From IMG/VR virus record IMGVR_UViG_3300046522_000750: a stretch of DNA of 64,000 nucleotides; one strand, written 5' to 3'. The stretch comes from a virus. Taxonomy: Duplodnaviria; Heunggongvirae; Uroviricota; Caudoviricetes. The first letter of the stretch is position 1; the number at the start of each line of letters is the position of its first letter. The notes under the pieces were generated by a model. That model saw nothing but the letters and a program-made list of their open reading frames with translations. It did not search any database and had not been told where the DNA came from. A program made the translations under genes and the position numbers. Below, one piece after another: positions 28,477-38,415 of the stretch.

Positions 28477-28959
28477 CTACTTCGCCTGAACATTCATCAG
28501 GGGGCGTTTGGCTTCTTGTTCCATATTGAATTGAATCATTAAGTTGGCGCAATCCTGATTGCAGTGAGGCTTGCCCAAATGTTTCATGGCGCTATACAGA
28601 GTGGGGTCAATTTCCTCGATCCAATGAAGACGACCGTTGAGGATTGCCGAGACCCGTCTGGCCTTTTGATGGGCCGACAATACGGCAGTTCGCCAATAGC
28701 CGTTATACCGCCTGGCCAGCGACATCACCGAGGATTCACGCTCCCGCACCAGTTGAAGCTCCCCCTGCTCCACACCTTCATTAGCAATCAGGGCGTAGCC
28801 GGGGTAGTTATTGCGTTCACTGACCAGCTGAAACCCGACCAACAATTGAAGGTAAAGCGCCTTCAGCTCGGGCGCCGGCTCATCATGGATGGCAGCCCCA
28901 AGCTGAATGTCAATTTCCCGTAATTCGGGAAAACCAAATACCTTGTGCAACAAATCCAT
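28477..28959 (-). CDS. hypothetical protein (160 aa), paralog of 27824-28450
   Basis: Shared YWRTA...IDP.LY.AM block. Confidence 0.55.
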   Translation of the reverse strand: MDLLHKVFGFPELREIDIQLGAAIHDEPAPELKALYLQLLVGFQLVSERNNYPGYALIANEGVEQGELQLVRERESSVMSLARRYNGYWRTAVLSAHQKARRVSAILNGRLHWIEEIDPTLYSAMKHLGKPHCNQDCANLMIQFNMEQEAKRPLMNVQAK

Positions 28960-28984
28960 CGATAGGCCTTAACCAGGCCTGGGA

Positions 28985-29500
28985 TTACCAGCGCCCTTCT
29001 TTGATCAGGACGATGGCACAGCAGATCATTTCCACGGGACTGCGCTGTTTGATCAAATAGCGCGTCTCGCCATTGACTTCAGCATGAGTCAGCAGCGTTT
29101 TGCCCGGTACTTTGAAGCCATCGGTCAATTGGATAACAAGGGGGGCATCATACCCATTGCCGTCCACTTCCGCTATCACTTGAAAGTCGGTGCTGACCAG
29201 TCGGCGAGAGGCGCCATTCTCTTCCAGCACGATCTGTGGGCCAACCTTGAGATTCAGCATCGCACCTGCGTTGCCACCTTCCAGTGTCCGCTCTGCAAGA
29301 TGGCGGATCAGCTTCTGATCGCGTACAGGCAGGGCTTGCAGGATCTCGTCGCCCTCGGCCATTTTCATGTCGCAGTACCCGGCAGCAAAATAATCTTCCG
29401 CCGAAAACAACGTGCTGGTCAAAGACGCCGCTACGTTGTGCAGGGCAATGCCGGCATTGACGGATTTGAGCATGTCATCAGGGGTCAGATTCTTGAGCAT
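28985..29500 (-). CDS. hypothetical protein (171 aa)
   Basis: Long ORF. Confidence 0.5.
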   Translation of the reverse strand: MLKNLTPDDMLKSVNAGIALHNVAASLTSTLFSAEDYFAAGYCDMKMAEGDEILQALPVRDQKLIRHLAERTLEGGNAGAMLNLKVGPQIVLEENGASRRLVSTDFQVIAEVDGNGYDAPLVIQLTDGFKVPGKTLLTHAEVNGETRYLIKQRSPVEMICCAIVLIKEGRW

Positions 29501-29602
29501 GTTGGCATCCTGCTGGAGGGTTAAGGCGCGCTACGGTGAGTATTAAGTCAGTTAAAGCTCACCAGTGTGATCCTTAACCGGATGAAATTTGGCAATTATG
29601 GC

Positions 29603-29863
29603 CTAAACCCAGGTTGGAGGCTCATCAATTTCCGGGTCATGCGGAATAGGTTGGCCACGGTGCCAATAACCCATGTCTTTTTCAGTACTCTGGCAGAGAC
29701 TCGTGATACGAGTATCCATCCTGTCGATCAGATCCATGGATTGGGCTGCGACCTGCATCAAGTCTTCCCGCGACAACTCCGACAGCTTGTAGATCTTTCC
29801 GCCCTCAACCCACTGACAGGTGTCAGTCTCGATACGGTTCTTGATCACGTTTTCAATGGTCAT
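29603..29863 (-). CDS. hypothetical protein (86 aa)
   Basis: ORF with plausible context. Confidence 0.4.
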   Translation of the reverse strand: MTIENVIKNRIETDTCQWVEGGKIYKLSELSREDLMQVAAQSMDLIDRMDTRITSLCQSTEKDMGYWHRGQPIPHDPEIDEPPTWV

Positions 29864-29980
29864 GCAGCCTCCAGGCCTGAGCTACGTCTTAAAGAGCGAA
29901 GAGAAAAAGCCTTTGTTTTTGTACCCAAACAAGCTTTCCCCCCGCGCCCTTAAGCTCTGCTTTTTGTCAGTAACAAAGGG

Positions 29981-30916
29981 TTATTTGGCAGACTTCTTGA
30001 ACAGCCCAAGCACCTTCTGGAACTGGGTCACGACCGCCAACACCAAGGCACCGATCAGGACACCTGCCACGCCGTCGAGGATCACCGGCGTAACCACCTT
30101 CATCACCCCACCAACCACTGGCAAGGCCTCAGCAGCATGCTCAATCGAATGCTTGAGGTCGGATAGGACAGGGATGCCATGAAGGATGATCCCCGCGCCG
30201 ACCAGAAACATCGCACATGTGCCGATAATTGTCAGCAATTTCATGAGGATAGGTGCGGCTTGAATGATCTTGCGACCCACGGCCTTGGCCACCTTGTTCT
30301 GTTTCTTTTCCAGGTAGAAGCCGACGTCGTCCATACGAACGATAAGGGCAACGAGGCCATAAACGCCCACCGTAACCAGCAGTGCAACCGCCGATAGAAC
30401 AAGAAACTGATTCAGCAGAGAAGCACCGGCCACGGCGCCGAGGGCGATGGCCATGATTTCCATGCTGAGAATGAGATCCGTTCTCACAGCCCCATTGATT
30501 TTCTGTCGCTCTAGCTCTGCCGGCGACTTGCCCATAGCGGCTTTTGCTTCTTCAGCGTCGGCAGCATCATCGGCGGAGTGGTCGAGGTACTTGTGGGCGA
30601 TCTTTTCAAAGCCCTCCAAACACAGGTACGCACCACCCACCATCAGGATCGGGGTAATGGCCCACGGTGCAAGGGCGCTGATCAGCATCGCGCCTGGAAC
30701 CAAGATGGCTTTGTTTTTGAGCGATCCCTTAGCTACGGCCCACACTACTGGGAGTTCGCGCTCAGCCCGTACGCCAGAAACCTGCTCTGCGTTGAGGGCC
30801 AAATCGTCGCCGAGAACACCTGCCGTCTTTTGCGTGGTGGTCTTGGTCAGCAATGCGACGTCATCCAACAGAGTGGTAACGTCGTCAAACAGTGTGAGCA
30901 GGCTACCGCCAGCCAT
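29981..30916 (-). CDS. yedI: DUF808 family inner-membrane protein (YedI-like)
   Basis: MAGGSLLTLFDDVTTLLDDVA...KTAGVLGDDLALNAEQVSGVRAERELPVVWAVAKGS is near-identical in pattern to E. coli YedI N-terminus; multiple TM helices. Confidence 0.85.
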   Translation of the reverse strand: MAGGSLLTLFDDVTTLLDDVALLTKTTTQKTAGVLGDDLALNAEQVSGVRAERELPVVWAVAKGSLKNKAILVPGAMLISALAPWAITPILMVGGAYLCLEGFEKIAHKYLDHSADDAADAEEAKAAMGKSPAELERQKINGAVRTDLILSMEIMAIALGAVAGASLLNQFLVLSAVALLVTVGVYGLVALIVRMDDVGFYLEKKQNKVAKAVGRKIIQAAPILMKLLTIIGTCAMFLVGAGIILHGIPVLSDLKHSIEHAAEALPVVGGVMKVVTPVILDGVAGVLIGALVLAVVTQFQKVLGLFKKSAK

Positions 30917-30997
30917 TTTGTGTGTTCCTTAATAATGGATTGAGATTGCACTATGCCTGATTATTGGCAAATTGTCAATTATGCCTTTAATAGCAGA

Positions 30998-31648
30998 TTA
31001 GTATTCATCACGAATACCCTGCCCTATTGCACTGTCTGTGGATTTGTAGCTGTAAGTGCGATAACTGGTTCGCGAGGAGCGACTGTATTCACCTGTGACC
31101 GATTGAACGATCAGAGGAATACCCGCTGAGTGGAAGTTTTGCCGCACAACCGCTGTCAGCTGCCCACTGAAGTCCTTTTGGAAGAGTTTGTTGTTCACTT
31201 GCGGTTCGTTAGCGTATTCACGGGCAACGTCTTCAACCGATTGACGCAGGACTTCGGCGACATGATCGGTGTACCAGAACTCACCGAATTTTGAGACTAG
31301 GGCGACAGAATCCTTGGACTTCGCGACCAACTCGACCTGAATGGTGTCCTCCGCTTCTCTGGGGCCGCTGTAACCGTTGTAACGCAGGTAAAATCGCATC
31401 CTGTCGGTTTTGACCTGGACGCCGCGCACCGTGAACAACTGAAGGCTTCTGCCGGGATTCAGGGCTTCTGCCTCAACCCTGAAGTCACCAAGCAGTGGCT
31501 GGTTCAGCAACACCGTCTCAAAGCCGATGTCGGTGGTGATCAGGTTGGTCGAGAGGTAGGTCGCGCCAGCTGTAACCAGTCCAGCAAGCAGCAGCCATAA
31601 CAACGGGCTTGGGGTGGAGGCGGAGGTTTTTGGAGTGGGAGTGGTCAT
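30998..31648 (-). CDS. membrane-anchored protein, paralog of 31673-32317 (possibly SPFH/band-7-like)
   Basis: N-terminal TM helix, then domain with similar layout to the neighbour; family assignment tentative. Confidence 0.5.
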   Translation of the reverse strand: MTTPTPKTSASTPSPLLWLLLAGLVTAGATYLSTNLITTDIGFETVLLNQPLLGDFRVEAEALNPGRSLQLFTVRGVQVKTDRMRFYLRYNGYSGPREAEDTIQVELVAKSKDSVALVSKFGEFWYTDHVAEVLRQSVEDVAREYANEPQVNNKLFQKDFSGQLTAVVRQNFHSAGIPLIVQSVTGEYSRSSRTSYRTYSYKSTDSAIGQGIRDEY

Positions 31649-31672
31649 CGTGACGGATCCTGAATGGGTGAA

Positions 31673-32317
31673 TTAATGGTCGTAATTCGGGTTGCGCACC
31701 CATTTTTTTGCATTTGCATCCACAACGTATCGAGCGCCGCGCACGTTCTCGATGTAGTCCGGCGCCGCGAACTCGACCTCAATTGGCAGGCCCCGGTCAT
31801 CGAAGGCCTTTTGAATGGAAAGCTGCACCTCAGGGGATGACCGCTGCGGCCCTTTGAGTGCCTGCTCCAGAAACGCCATGTCATGATTACCAACATACGA
31901 CTGCAAAGATTTTGCAATCATTGGCTTAGCTTCATCTTTGTACCAGTTCTCGCCGAACGTGGAGATCAGTACATAAGGGTCGGTGATCCGTATCTTTACC
32001 TTCCCTTGGATGATGACAGGCTTTCCATCCTCGCTCTCCACGGGCTCGCTGGCCACCAAGGCTGTTTCAGCATCAATCTTGACCGCAATTCCAAAGGAAA
32101 AGAGCCAGATCAGGCTACGGCCAGGCTTAAGCACTTCTTTTTCGTAGGAGTATTCGCCGATCAGGGGCGCATTGACCACCACGGTGTTGTAGCCTGGCGC
32201 GGTTTCGATGACTTTGGTCATCAGCCAAGGGGCCGCACCTGCGATGCACACGACGGCCAAACCGACCGTCCAGTAGATTTTTTTGAATCGGTTTGTAAGC
32301 ACTGATTGTTCGCTCAT
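31673..32317 (-). CDS. membrane-anchored protein, paralog of 30998-31648
   Basis: N-terminal TM helix (IYWTVGLAVVCIAGAAPWL), shared architecture. Confidence 0.5.
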   Translation of the reverse strand: MSEQSVLTNRFKKIYWTVGLAVVCIAGAAPWLMTKVIETAPGYNTVVVNAPLIGEYSYEKEVLKPGRSLIWLFSFGIAVKIDAETALVASEPVESEDGKPVIIQGKVKIRITDPYVLISTFGENWYKDEAKPMIAKSLQSYVGNHDMAFLEQALKGPQRSSPEVQLSIQKAFDDRGLPIEVEFAAPDYIENVRGARYVVDANAKKWVRNPNYDH

Positions 32318-32445
32318 GCCGGTAACTCAAACGATCAGGGGCGCTTCATGCATCCCAATGGACTGGCAACCCTACTGATCGACTGACAATCTGTCAATTC
32401 ATTCATAATCATTCAGCTATCTACATCAGAATATCCTATGAAATA

Positions 32446-33858
32446 ATGAGGTATAAAAATAATAAGGACGGTACATCAATGCATAACGATTATCGTGATT
32501 ACCCATACTTCATAGTTTCTCCAGATGATGAGGCAATCTATAAGGATGCCCAAGAGGCTGCCGAGGCTTTCCAAAAAGTCATCAAGCGAGCGAACCAAAC
32601 TCGGGTCATGGTGATGACTGCACCCGGCATGGGCCATGAGGTTGCCGGCGTTAACGCCAATGGCCAAGCCTACTTGAACACGATGGACTTCCAGTCCAGC
32701 CCAATGACGCAGTCGTTCCAAGCTGCCTACCGCAACCTGCCGCAGCCATCACCTGAGCCCATCTCGGCTGAAAAGCCGTATTACGCAGTCCACGGTAACA
32801 GCACAAAGTTTTATGATGCTCAGCAGGCTGCTGAGGCGTTTTACAAGGCAGGCAACTCACCATCCATCCAGGCCATGGTCATGAAGGGCGTCGGCTATGG
32901 ACATGAAGTGGCCGGCAACAACGCCAACGGCCAGGCTTTCCTCAACAAGCTCGATTTTCAAAGCGATCCAATGACCAAGGCTTTCCAGAGCGCCTGGGAA
33001 AAGCTGGTTGAAGTGCTTGGCCCTCGCCCGGTCACCGAACCAGCTCCTAAAGTGGAGGCCCCCGAGCCAATCGTCCAAGCGGTAGCGCCAAAAGCTGCAC
33101 CCGTCATCGAGATTGAAGCGCCTTCGGTTGTGGAGCCTGTCGCTGTGGCGCCGGTGATTGAAGTTGCAGCTCCAAAGACGCCACAAGAGCCTGAATACTT
33201 TTCAGTGCCAGGCGACAGCACCAAATACTATGACGCTCACGAAGCCGCCTGCGCATTCCATAAAGCCCCCAAAACAGCCAACACCTCTGTCTCTGTGATG
33301 AAAGGGGTTGGCTACGGGCATGAGGTAGCCGGCGTGAACAGCCAAGGAGACGCGTTCCTAAACAAACTGGACTTCCAGAGTCACCCGATGACCCAGGACT
33401 TCCAGAAGGCGTATCAGGCCATCCTTGATCATGAAGCCAAGCTCAATGGCCCGTGGTACTCGGTGAACGGCAGTTCGACCAAGTACTTTGACGCGAAGGA
33501 AGCTGCGCAGGCTTTCCATGCCGCTGAGAAAACGATTCAGTCGAGCGTCATGGTCATGAGTGGGCCTGGATATGGATTCGAATCCGCTCGGGTAAACAGT
33601 GACGGACAGACTTACCTTAACAAGCTGGAGTTCCAGTCCAATCCAATGCAGATTGAGTTCCAGAAAGCTTACGAAGAGATCCTGGAAAACGAGAAGGCAA
33701 ACACCGTCGCGGCGCAGAAACCCACGCTTCTTGCTGTCATCGACCTGGCCAAGTCTGATTCCCTGTCGACATTCATGGATGATGATCTGATGGCAGAGCT
33801 TCTCAAAAAGCCAGCGCAGGCCTCCAAGAAACATGAAGACGCCGCCCTCACCCGCTGA
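32446..33858 (+). CDS. internal-repeat protein: four ~95-aa tandem repeats plus Pro/Ala/Val-rich linker
   Basis: Repeat core (V/M)MKGVGYGHEVAG.N..GQAFLNKLDFQS.PMT..FQ.A(W/Y) occurs 4 times; linker EPAPKVEAPEPIVQAVAPKAAPVIEIEAP.... Confidence 0.75.
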   Translation: MRYKNNKDGTSMHNDYRDYPYFIVSPDDEAIYKDAQEAAEAFQKVIKRANQTRVMVMTAPGMGHEVAGVNANGQAYLNTMDFQSSPMTQSFQAAYRNLPQPSPEPISAEKPYYAVHGNSTKFYDAQQAAEAFYKAGNSPSIQAMVMKGVGYGHEVAGNNANGQAFLNKLDFQSDPMTKAFQSAWEKLVEVLGPRPVTEPAPKVEAPEPIVQAVAPKAAPVIEIEAPSVVEPVAVAPVIEVAAPKTPQEPEYFSVPGDSTKYYDAHEAACAFHKAPKTANTSVSVMKGVGYGHEVAGVNSQGDAFLNKLDFQSHPMTQDFQKAYQAILDHEAKLNGPWYSVNGSSTKYFDAKEAAQAFHAAEKTIQSSVMVMSGPGYGFESARVNSDGQTYLNKLEFQSNPMQIEFQKAYEEILENEKANTVAAQKPTLLAVIDLAKSDSLSTFMDDDLMAELLKKPAQASKKHEDAALTR

Positions 33859-33874
33859 AAATCGTTAAACGATG

Positions 33875-33900
33875 AAGCCTCCGCTGGAGGCTTTTTTCTT
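33875..33900 (+). terminator. rho-independent terminator between convergent genes
   Basis: AAGCCTCC-gct-GGAGGCTT stem followed by TTTTTTCTT; 4 nt from the stop of A01 on the other strand. Confidence 0.7.
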
Positions 33901-33903
33901 GCG

Positions 33904-34839
33904 TCAAAGGCCCATGGCGCTTTCCAGTAATCCCGCTTTCAAATGGCGGTTCGTATTCAAGAAGGGGCGCAGTTCTGCCTCTGTATAGATCTCGAGAGCC
34001 AAGGAGACGTGTTTGCGGGTGGTCAGCAAGGGAATGACCTCCTCGATTGGCTGCGCTTTCACAAAACTCAAATACAGCGAGCACGAGTCAAATTTGCCAC
34101 TCGCCACAGCCTTCTCTAATGCCTCATTAAGCGTTTTTGGCTTTTCGAGCACCTCATTGTTGTCGATATAAACCAGGGGCCAATGCCCATTGCGTATGAA
34201 TTGGGCTGGCAGGTCAAGGCGCCCTGCTTTCCTGGCCTCTAGGTAGGAGAAAAATCCCTCCCCAAAACGAATTTCAAAAACCGATTCAGAGACCTTGCTG
34301 GGCGGGAGGATTAACACGAATTCTAAGGAAGACCTGCCCGCGAGCTCAAAGAGTTCCGGCGTCATGACGCTCTCAATCCACGGGATCGCCTCAAAGCTTT
34401 TAGAGAATTTCGCCGGCCTAGTCGCAAAGGTAGGCATCTTGATCATGCGCTTTACGGTTTCTGTTGTACGAAAGTCTTCATGGAAAATGGCGGGCGCCAT
34501 AAAGTCGCCAACAAACGCGCTAACGCAGAGATCTTGGTAGCTGGGCGTTTGCTCGGGCGTGATAAAACCGAGAATTTCAGGGTCGTGATGCACCGCAAAT
34601 TTCAAAAGATCTTCTCCCAATAAATCCTTGGGAATCTGCACATAGTGTTCAGACATGCCTTCTTTGTCTGTGGTGTGCATGGCCATGAGCCAATTCAGGA
34701 CGTTCACTGGCGTACGAAGCGCCTGAGGGATGTCCGTGAATTTCGGGTACAGCAAAAAGGGCTCGACCCTTTCCGCGTAATCGTCATCTAGCTGATAGAT
34801 TTTCATTTTCACGCTAGTTTTCCCAATACCACCGCCCAA
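33904..34839 (-). CDS. LGL-tail family A paralog A01 (311 aa; last gene of array)
   Basis: Family A motifs (F.DIP, QIP..L, PWI.SVMTPEL, GRLDLPA, SLY.SFVKA.PIEEV); tail KAGLLESAMGL. Confidence 0.85.
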   Translation of the reverse strand: MGGGIGKTSVKMKIYQLDDDYAERVEPFLLYPKFTDIPQALRTPVNVLNWLMAMHTTDKEGMSEHYVQIPKDLLGEDLLKFAVHHDPEILGFITPEQTPSYQDLCVSAFVGDFMAPAIFHEDFRTTETVKRMIKMPTFATRPAKFSKSFEAIPWIESVMTPELFELAGRSSLEFVLILPPSKVSESVFEIRFGEGFFSYLEARKAGRLDLPAQFIRNGHWPLVYIDNNEVLEKPKTLNEALEKAVASGKFDSCSLYLSFVKAQPIEEVIPLLTTRKHVSLALEIYTEAELRPFLNTNRHLKAGLLESAMGL

Positions 34840-34864
34840 GCCAATTCTTAAGGCGCTTTCTGAC

Positions 34865-35767
34865 TCATAAGCCCATCGAGGATTCCAAGACGCCGGCCTT
34901 CAAATGCCGGTTGTTTCTCATCAGGGGACGAAGTTCTTCTTCTGTATACAGCTCGGTCATCAATTTCGCGTGATCACGTGTGGTGGCCAGAGCAAGTACG
35001 TCTTCGATGGGATGCGCCTTCACAAAACTCATGTACAGCGCACGGGGGCCATCTTCCGTATACTCCAGAGCGCGTTTGAGCCCAATCTCCAGTGTTTTTG
35101 GCCTTCCAATCACTTGATCGAAATTCCTGGTGACATAAGGCCAAGATCCATTTGCTATAAACTTGGCCGGCAAGTCCAGGCGCCCTGCAGATCTGGCCCT
35201 CATGAGCTTACCAAAGCCACTACTAAAGTGATGTTTCAGAGCTAAATCGGAAGCGCTTGAGGCCGGATGCAACATCAAAAAATTAACTGAAGCCCTACTG
35301 GCTCGTTCGTGAAGCTCAGGGGTCATGACGCTTTGTATCCATGGAATGGCTTCAAAGCTCTTGGAGAACATCGCCGGCTTTAAGCCATAGTCAGGCTGAT
35401 TAATCATGAGCTCTACGGTTTCTGCCGTCCGGACACTTTCATGAAAAATCATCGGCGCCATATAATGCCCAACAAATGCTGAGACACAGTGATCTTGATA
35501 ATTAGGCGTGTCTTCAGGTTTGATAAGATCAATTATCAGGGGATCATATTCCACAGCAAATTTGAGGATCTCCTCATCAATCAAATCTTTTGGAATTTGC
35601 ACAAAGTGCTCAGACATATCGTCTTCGTCTGTTGTATGCATCGCTTTGAGCCAACGCAAGGCGCCTATCGATGTACGACTCGCCTCTGGAATGTCGGTAA
35701 ACTTTGGATACTGTAGAAATGGCTGTACAAACGTAATATAAGATATGTCCGATTGATACTTTTTCAT
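34865..35767 (-). CDS. LGL-tail family A paralog A02 (300 aa)
   Basis: Close paralog of A01; tail KAGVLESSMGL. Confidence 0.85.
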   Translation of the reverse strand: MKKYQSDISYITFVQPFLQYPKFTDIPEASRTSIGALRWLKAMHTTDEDDMSEHFVQIPKDLIDEEILKFAVEYDPLIIDLIKPEDTPNYQDHCVSAFVGHYMAPMIFHESVRTAETVELMINQPDYGLKPAMFSKSFEAIPWIQSVMTPELHERASRASVNFLMLHPASSASDLALKHHFSSGFGKLMRARSAGRLDLPAKFIANGSWPYVTRNFDQVIGRPKTLEIGLKRALEYTEDGPRALYMSFVKAHPIEDVLALATTRDHAKLMTELYTEEELRPLMRNNRHLKAGVLESSMGL

Positions 35768-35822
35768 GCTTTGTGTTCCGAGTCTGCCGCCCTGGCCAAT
35801 TATTCAGGTGCTTTCTTCCACT

Positions 35823-36683
35823 TTACAGGCCGAGCGAGCATTCAAGCAAAGTCGCTTTAAGGAGTCGGTTGTTCTTGATGTGAGGGCGAAGCTCTTGTTC
35901 GCTATACATCTCAAGCACATTTTTGGCGTGCGAAGGACTGGTAACCGCCGCGATGACATCTTCAATGGGATGGCTCATCAAGTAAGCCATGTACACCTCA
36001 GGCCAGTCGTTGAGGCCGGGTTTTACCAGCTCGGAAAAGGCTTCCTCCAGACTGCCTGGCTTTTTCAAATTATCCTCGAAGGGGCCAGTGGCCTCCGGCC
36101 AGACACCTTGTTGCAAATACTCAGCGCCGAGTCTCAATCTTCCGGCTTTTTTCAGGTACGAATAGTTTGAGAAGCTATGCCCCAGATGTGTATTCAGGGC
36201 GGCCTGGCTGATTTGATCACGAGGCAGCGTCAGCATGAAGTTCATGTTTGCAATAGAGGCCTTCTCAATCAAGTCAGGCGTCATTGACTGGGCAATCCAA
36301 GGGCAGATGCTGTAGGTACTGACGAAACTCCAAGAGATCATCATCATTTCAATAGCTTCTTTCGTGCGAGCTTCTTGTTTGAACAGTGCAGCAGACTTGT
36401 AATCGGTTCGGTAGGCGAGACCGCACAATCCGAAATAATCCGCCGTATCGGCAGGGTCAATCAACCCTATCACCCTAGCGTCTTCGCAGATCGCAAATGC
36501 CCTCAATTCCTCGGTAACAAACTGGGAAGGGAGTTGCTGAAAAAGACCGCAGACATCAGCAAAGTTTAAGGGCGCCACAGACTTGAACCAGCGAGACGCG
36601 CCATAGAGGTTCTGGCAATTATCTGGAAGATCCTCGAATCGCTGAAAGCCCTTGTAGAACTCATCAGAAAGTTCGTTATTCAT
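35823..36683 (-). CDS. LGL-tail family A paralog A03 (286 aa)
   Basis: Family motifs; tail KATLLECSLGL; ATGA overlap with A04. Confidence 0.85.
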   Translation of the reverse strand: MNNELSDEFYKGFQRFEDLPDNCQNLYGASRWFKSVAPLNFADVCGLFQQLPSQFVTEELRAFAICEDARVIGLIDPADTADYFGLCGLAYRTDYKSAALFKQEARTKEAIEMMMISWSFVSTYSICPWIAQSMTPDLIEKASIANMNFMLTLPRDQISQAALNTHLGHSFSNYSYLKKAGRLRLGAEYLQQGVWPEATGPFEDNLKKPGSLEEAFSELVKPGLNDWPEVYMAYLMSHPIEDVIAAVTSPSHAKNVLEMYSEQELRPHIKNNRLLKATLLECSLGL

Positions 36684-37534
36684 AGTCCTAAAGACTCCTC
36701 AAGCAAGGCAGCTTTCAGGTGCCGATTTTTTCTGGCATGGGGGCGAAGCTCTTTTTCGTCATACATCTCGACCACCAGTTTTGCGCACGACGGCGCCACC
36801 ACCAGGGCCATGACATCCTCTATGGGGTACGTCATGACATAAGCCATATACAGCTCTCGAGGTACATCTTCACCGAGAAGCTCGGAGAATGCCTCGACAA
36901 GGCTGTCCGGCCTTGGGATCGGATCATCGAATGGCCCATTCGGTTTTGGCCAGCCACCCCCCTTCAAAAAGGCTACCCCAAGGTGCAACCTTCCAGATTT
37001 TTGCAGGACTGTGTAGGTGTAATCGCCTTTGCTTAGGTGTTTATTCAGCGCAGCCTCACTAACTTGATCATAAGGCAGAGACAGCATGAACTCATCGCTG
37101 AAAAGAGATAAATCTTCAACGAGTTTTGGGGTCATTTCCTGACGGATCCACGGGTGATCTCGGTAGCTTTTTATAAAAGACCAGAGATCCATCATCATCA
37201 GCTCCACCATTTCCGTGGTTCGTACCTCTTCCTTGAAGAACTCAGCCGCCCGGTAATCGTTTCGATAAGCAAGAAGGCAAATTGCCGTGTAGGCCGGCGT
37301 GTCTTCTGGCTCAATCAGGCCCAACACTTCAAAGGCATTGCTTACGGCGTATTTTCGCATCTCATCGGTGATGAGGTTCAGCGGTATTTGTTGAAAACAG
37401 TCACTTGCAATATTGGCATCTGCATCTTTGGTGACCTCTTTGTACCACTGGAAGGCACCAAAAGAATTTTTGCAATGCTCTGGCAGCTTTTCGAAGCGGT
37501 CAAAGGCCTTGTAGAAATTGTCGTCCAAGCTCAT
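36680..37534 (-). CDS. LGL-tail family A paralog A04 (284 aa)
   Basis: Tail KAALLEESLGL; ATGA junctions both sides. Confidence 0.85.
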   Translation of the reverse strand: MSLDDNFYKAFDRFEKLPEHCKNSFGAFQWYKEVTKDADANIASDCFQQIPLNLITDEMRKYAVSNAFEVLGLIEPEDTPAYTAICLLAYRNDYRAAEFFKEEVRTTEMVELMMMDLWSFIKSYRDHPWIRQEMTPKLVEDLSLFSDEFMLSLPYDQVSEAALNKHLSKGDYTYTVLQKSGRLHLGVAFLKGGGWPKPNGPFDDPIPRPDSLVEAFSELLGEDVPRELYMAYVMTYPIEDVMALVVAPSCAKLVVEMYDEKELRPHARKNRHLKAALLEESLGL

Positions 37535-38415
37535 AAACCCAGTGACTCCTCAAGGATGGCCGCCTTTAGGTGCCGATTGGTTTTCATGAAGGGCTTCAGA
37601 TCTTCTGCTGAATACATCTCCATCGCCATGGAGACGTGCTGGCGCGTCTGTATCAACGGCATGACCTCCTCGATGGGGTAGGTCATCAAGTTTGCCATGT
37701 ATAGCGCCTGGCGGCTGTTCATGGCCTTTGAGAGCATATGATTGAACGCACTCTCAAGGGTTCTTGGCTTGGGTTGCTTGGGATCACTTTTCGCCAGAGG
37801 CTCGGGCCAAGCACCCGTTTTCAGGTGTTTAGCCGCAAGGTGCAATTTACCGTTGGCCCTGAGGGCCTGGAAGTTCCCATCCCAAGCCAGGTGTTTGCTC
37901 AAAGCTGCGTCACTGATCTGCTCATCTGGTAAACCTGCCATGAAGTACAGATTCGAGAGCGCGGCGGCTTCAATCAGATCCGGTGTGCTGATGCCCATAA
38001 TCCAGGGCACATCCTCAAACACTGAATCAATGACTGAAGGCATCCCTTTCATCAACGACGCGACTGTCTGCGCCGTGCGAAAGTCTTCGTGAAAGTAGTT
38101 CGCCGCCAGGTAGCTTCTCTTGAAGGCCTCCAGGCACAGCTCGGCATAATCAGGGCTGTCACTGGGGTCAATATTGGCGAGTAATCGGACATCCCACTGA
38201 ACCACAAACTTCAGCAAGCCCTGGGACAGAAACGCTTTGGGGATCTGTTCGAAGTAATCAACAAACTTGCCGATTCCGGTGGTTTTCATGGCTTTCAGCC
38301 AAAGCCCGGCCCCAAGTTGGGTCTTCAGCTCATCGGGAATGTCAGCAAAGGCTGCGTACTTCGAGTAGCTAAAGGTTTTGTCCTCAAACTGCTGCATGTC
38401 TTCGACGAAACTCAT
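37531..38415 (-). CDS. LGL-tail family A paralog A05 (294 aa)
   Basis: Tail KAAILEESLGL; ATGA junctions. Confidence 0.85.
   Translation of the reverse strand: MSFVEDMQQFEDKTFSYSKYAAFADIPDELKTQLGAGLWLKAMKTTGIGKFVDYFEQIPKAFLSQGLLKFVVQWDVRLLANIDPSDSPDYAELCLEAFKRSYLAANYFHEDFRTAQTVASLMKGMPSVIDSVFEDVPWIMGISTPDLIEAAALSNLYFMAGLPDEQISDAALSKHLAWDGNFQALRANGKLHLAAKHLKTGAWPEPLAKSDPKQPKPRTLESAFNHMLSKAMNSRQALYMANLMTYPIEEVMPLIQTRQHVSMAMEMYSAEDLKPFMKTNRHLKAAILEESLGL

Noticed and set aside
27824-28552. Annotated ATG start at 28552 for the 242-aa ORF
   Set aside because: It would overlap the upstream paralog by 76 nt, and the N-terminal 34 residues have no counterpart in the paralog. A TTG start at 28450 with a GGGGAG Shine-Dalgarno gives an N-terminus that aligns with the paralog.
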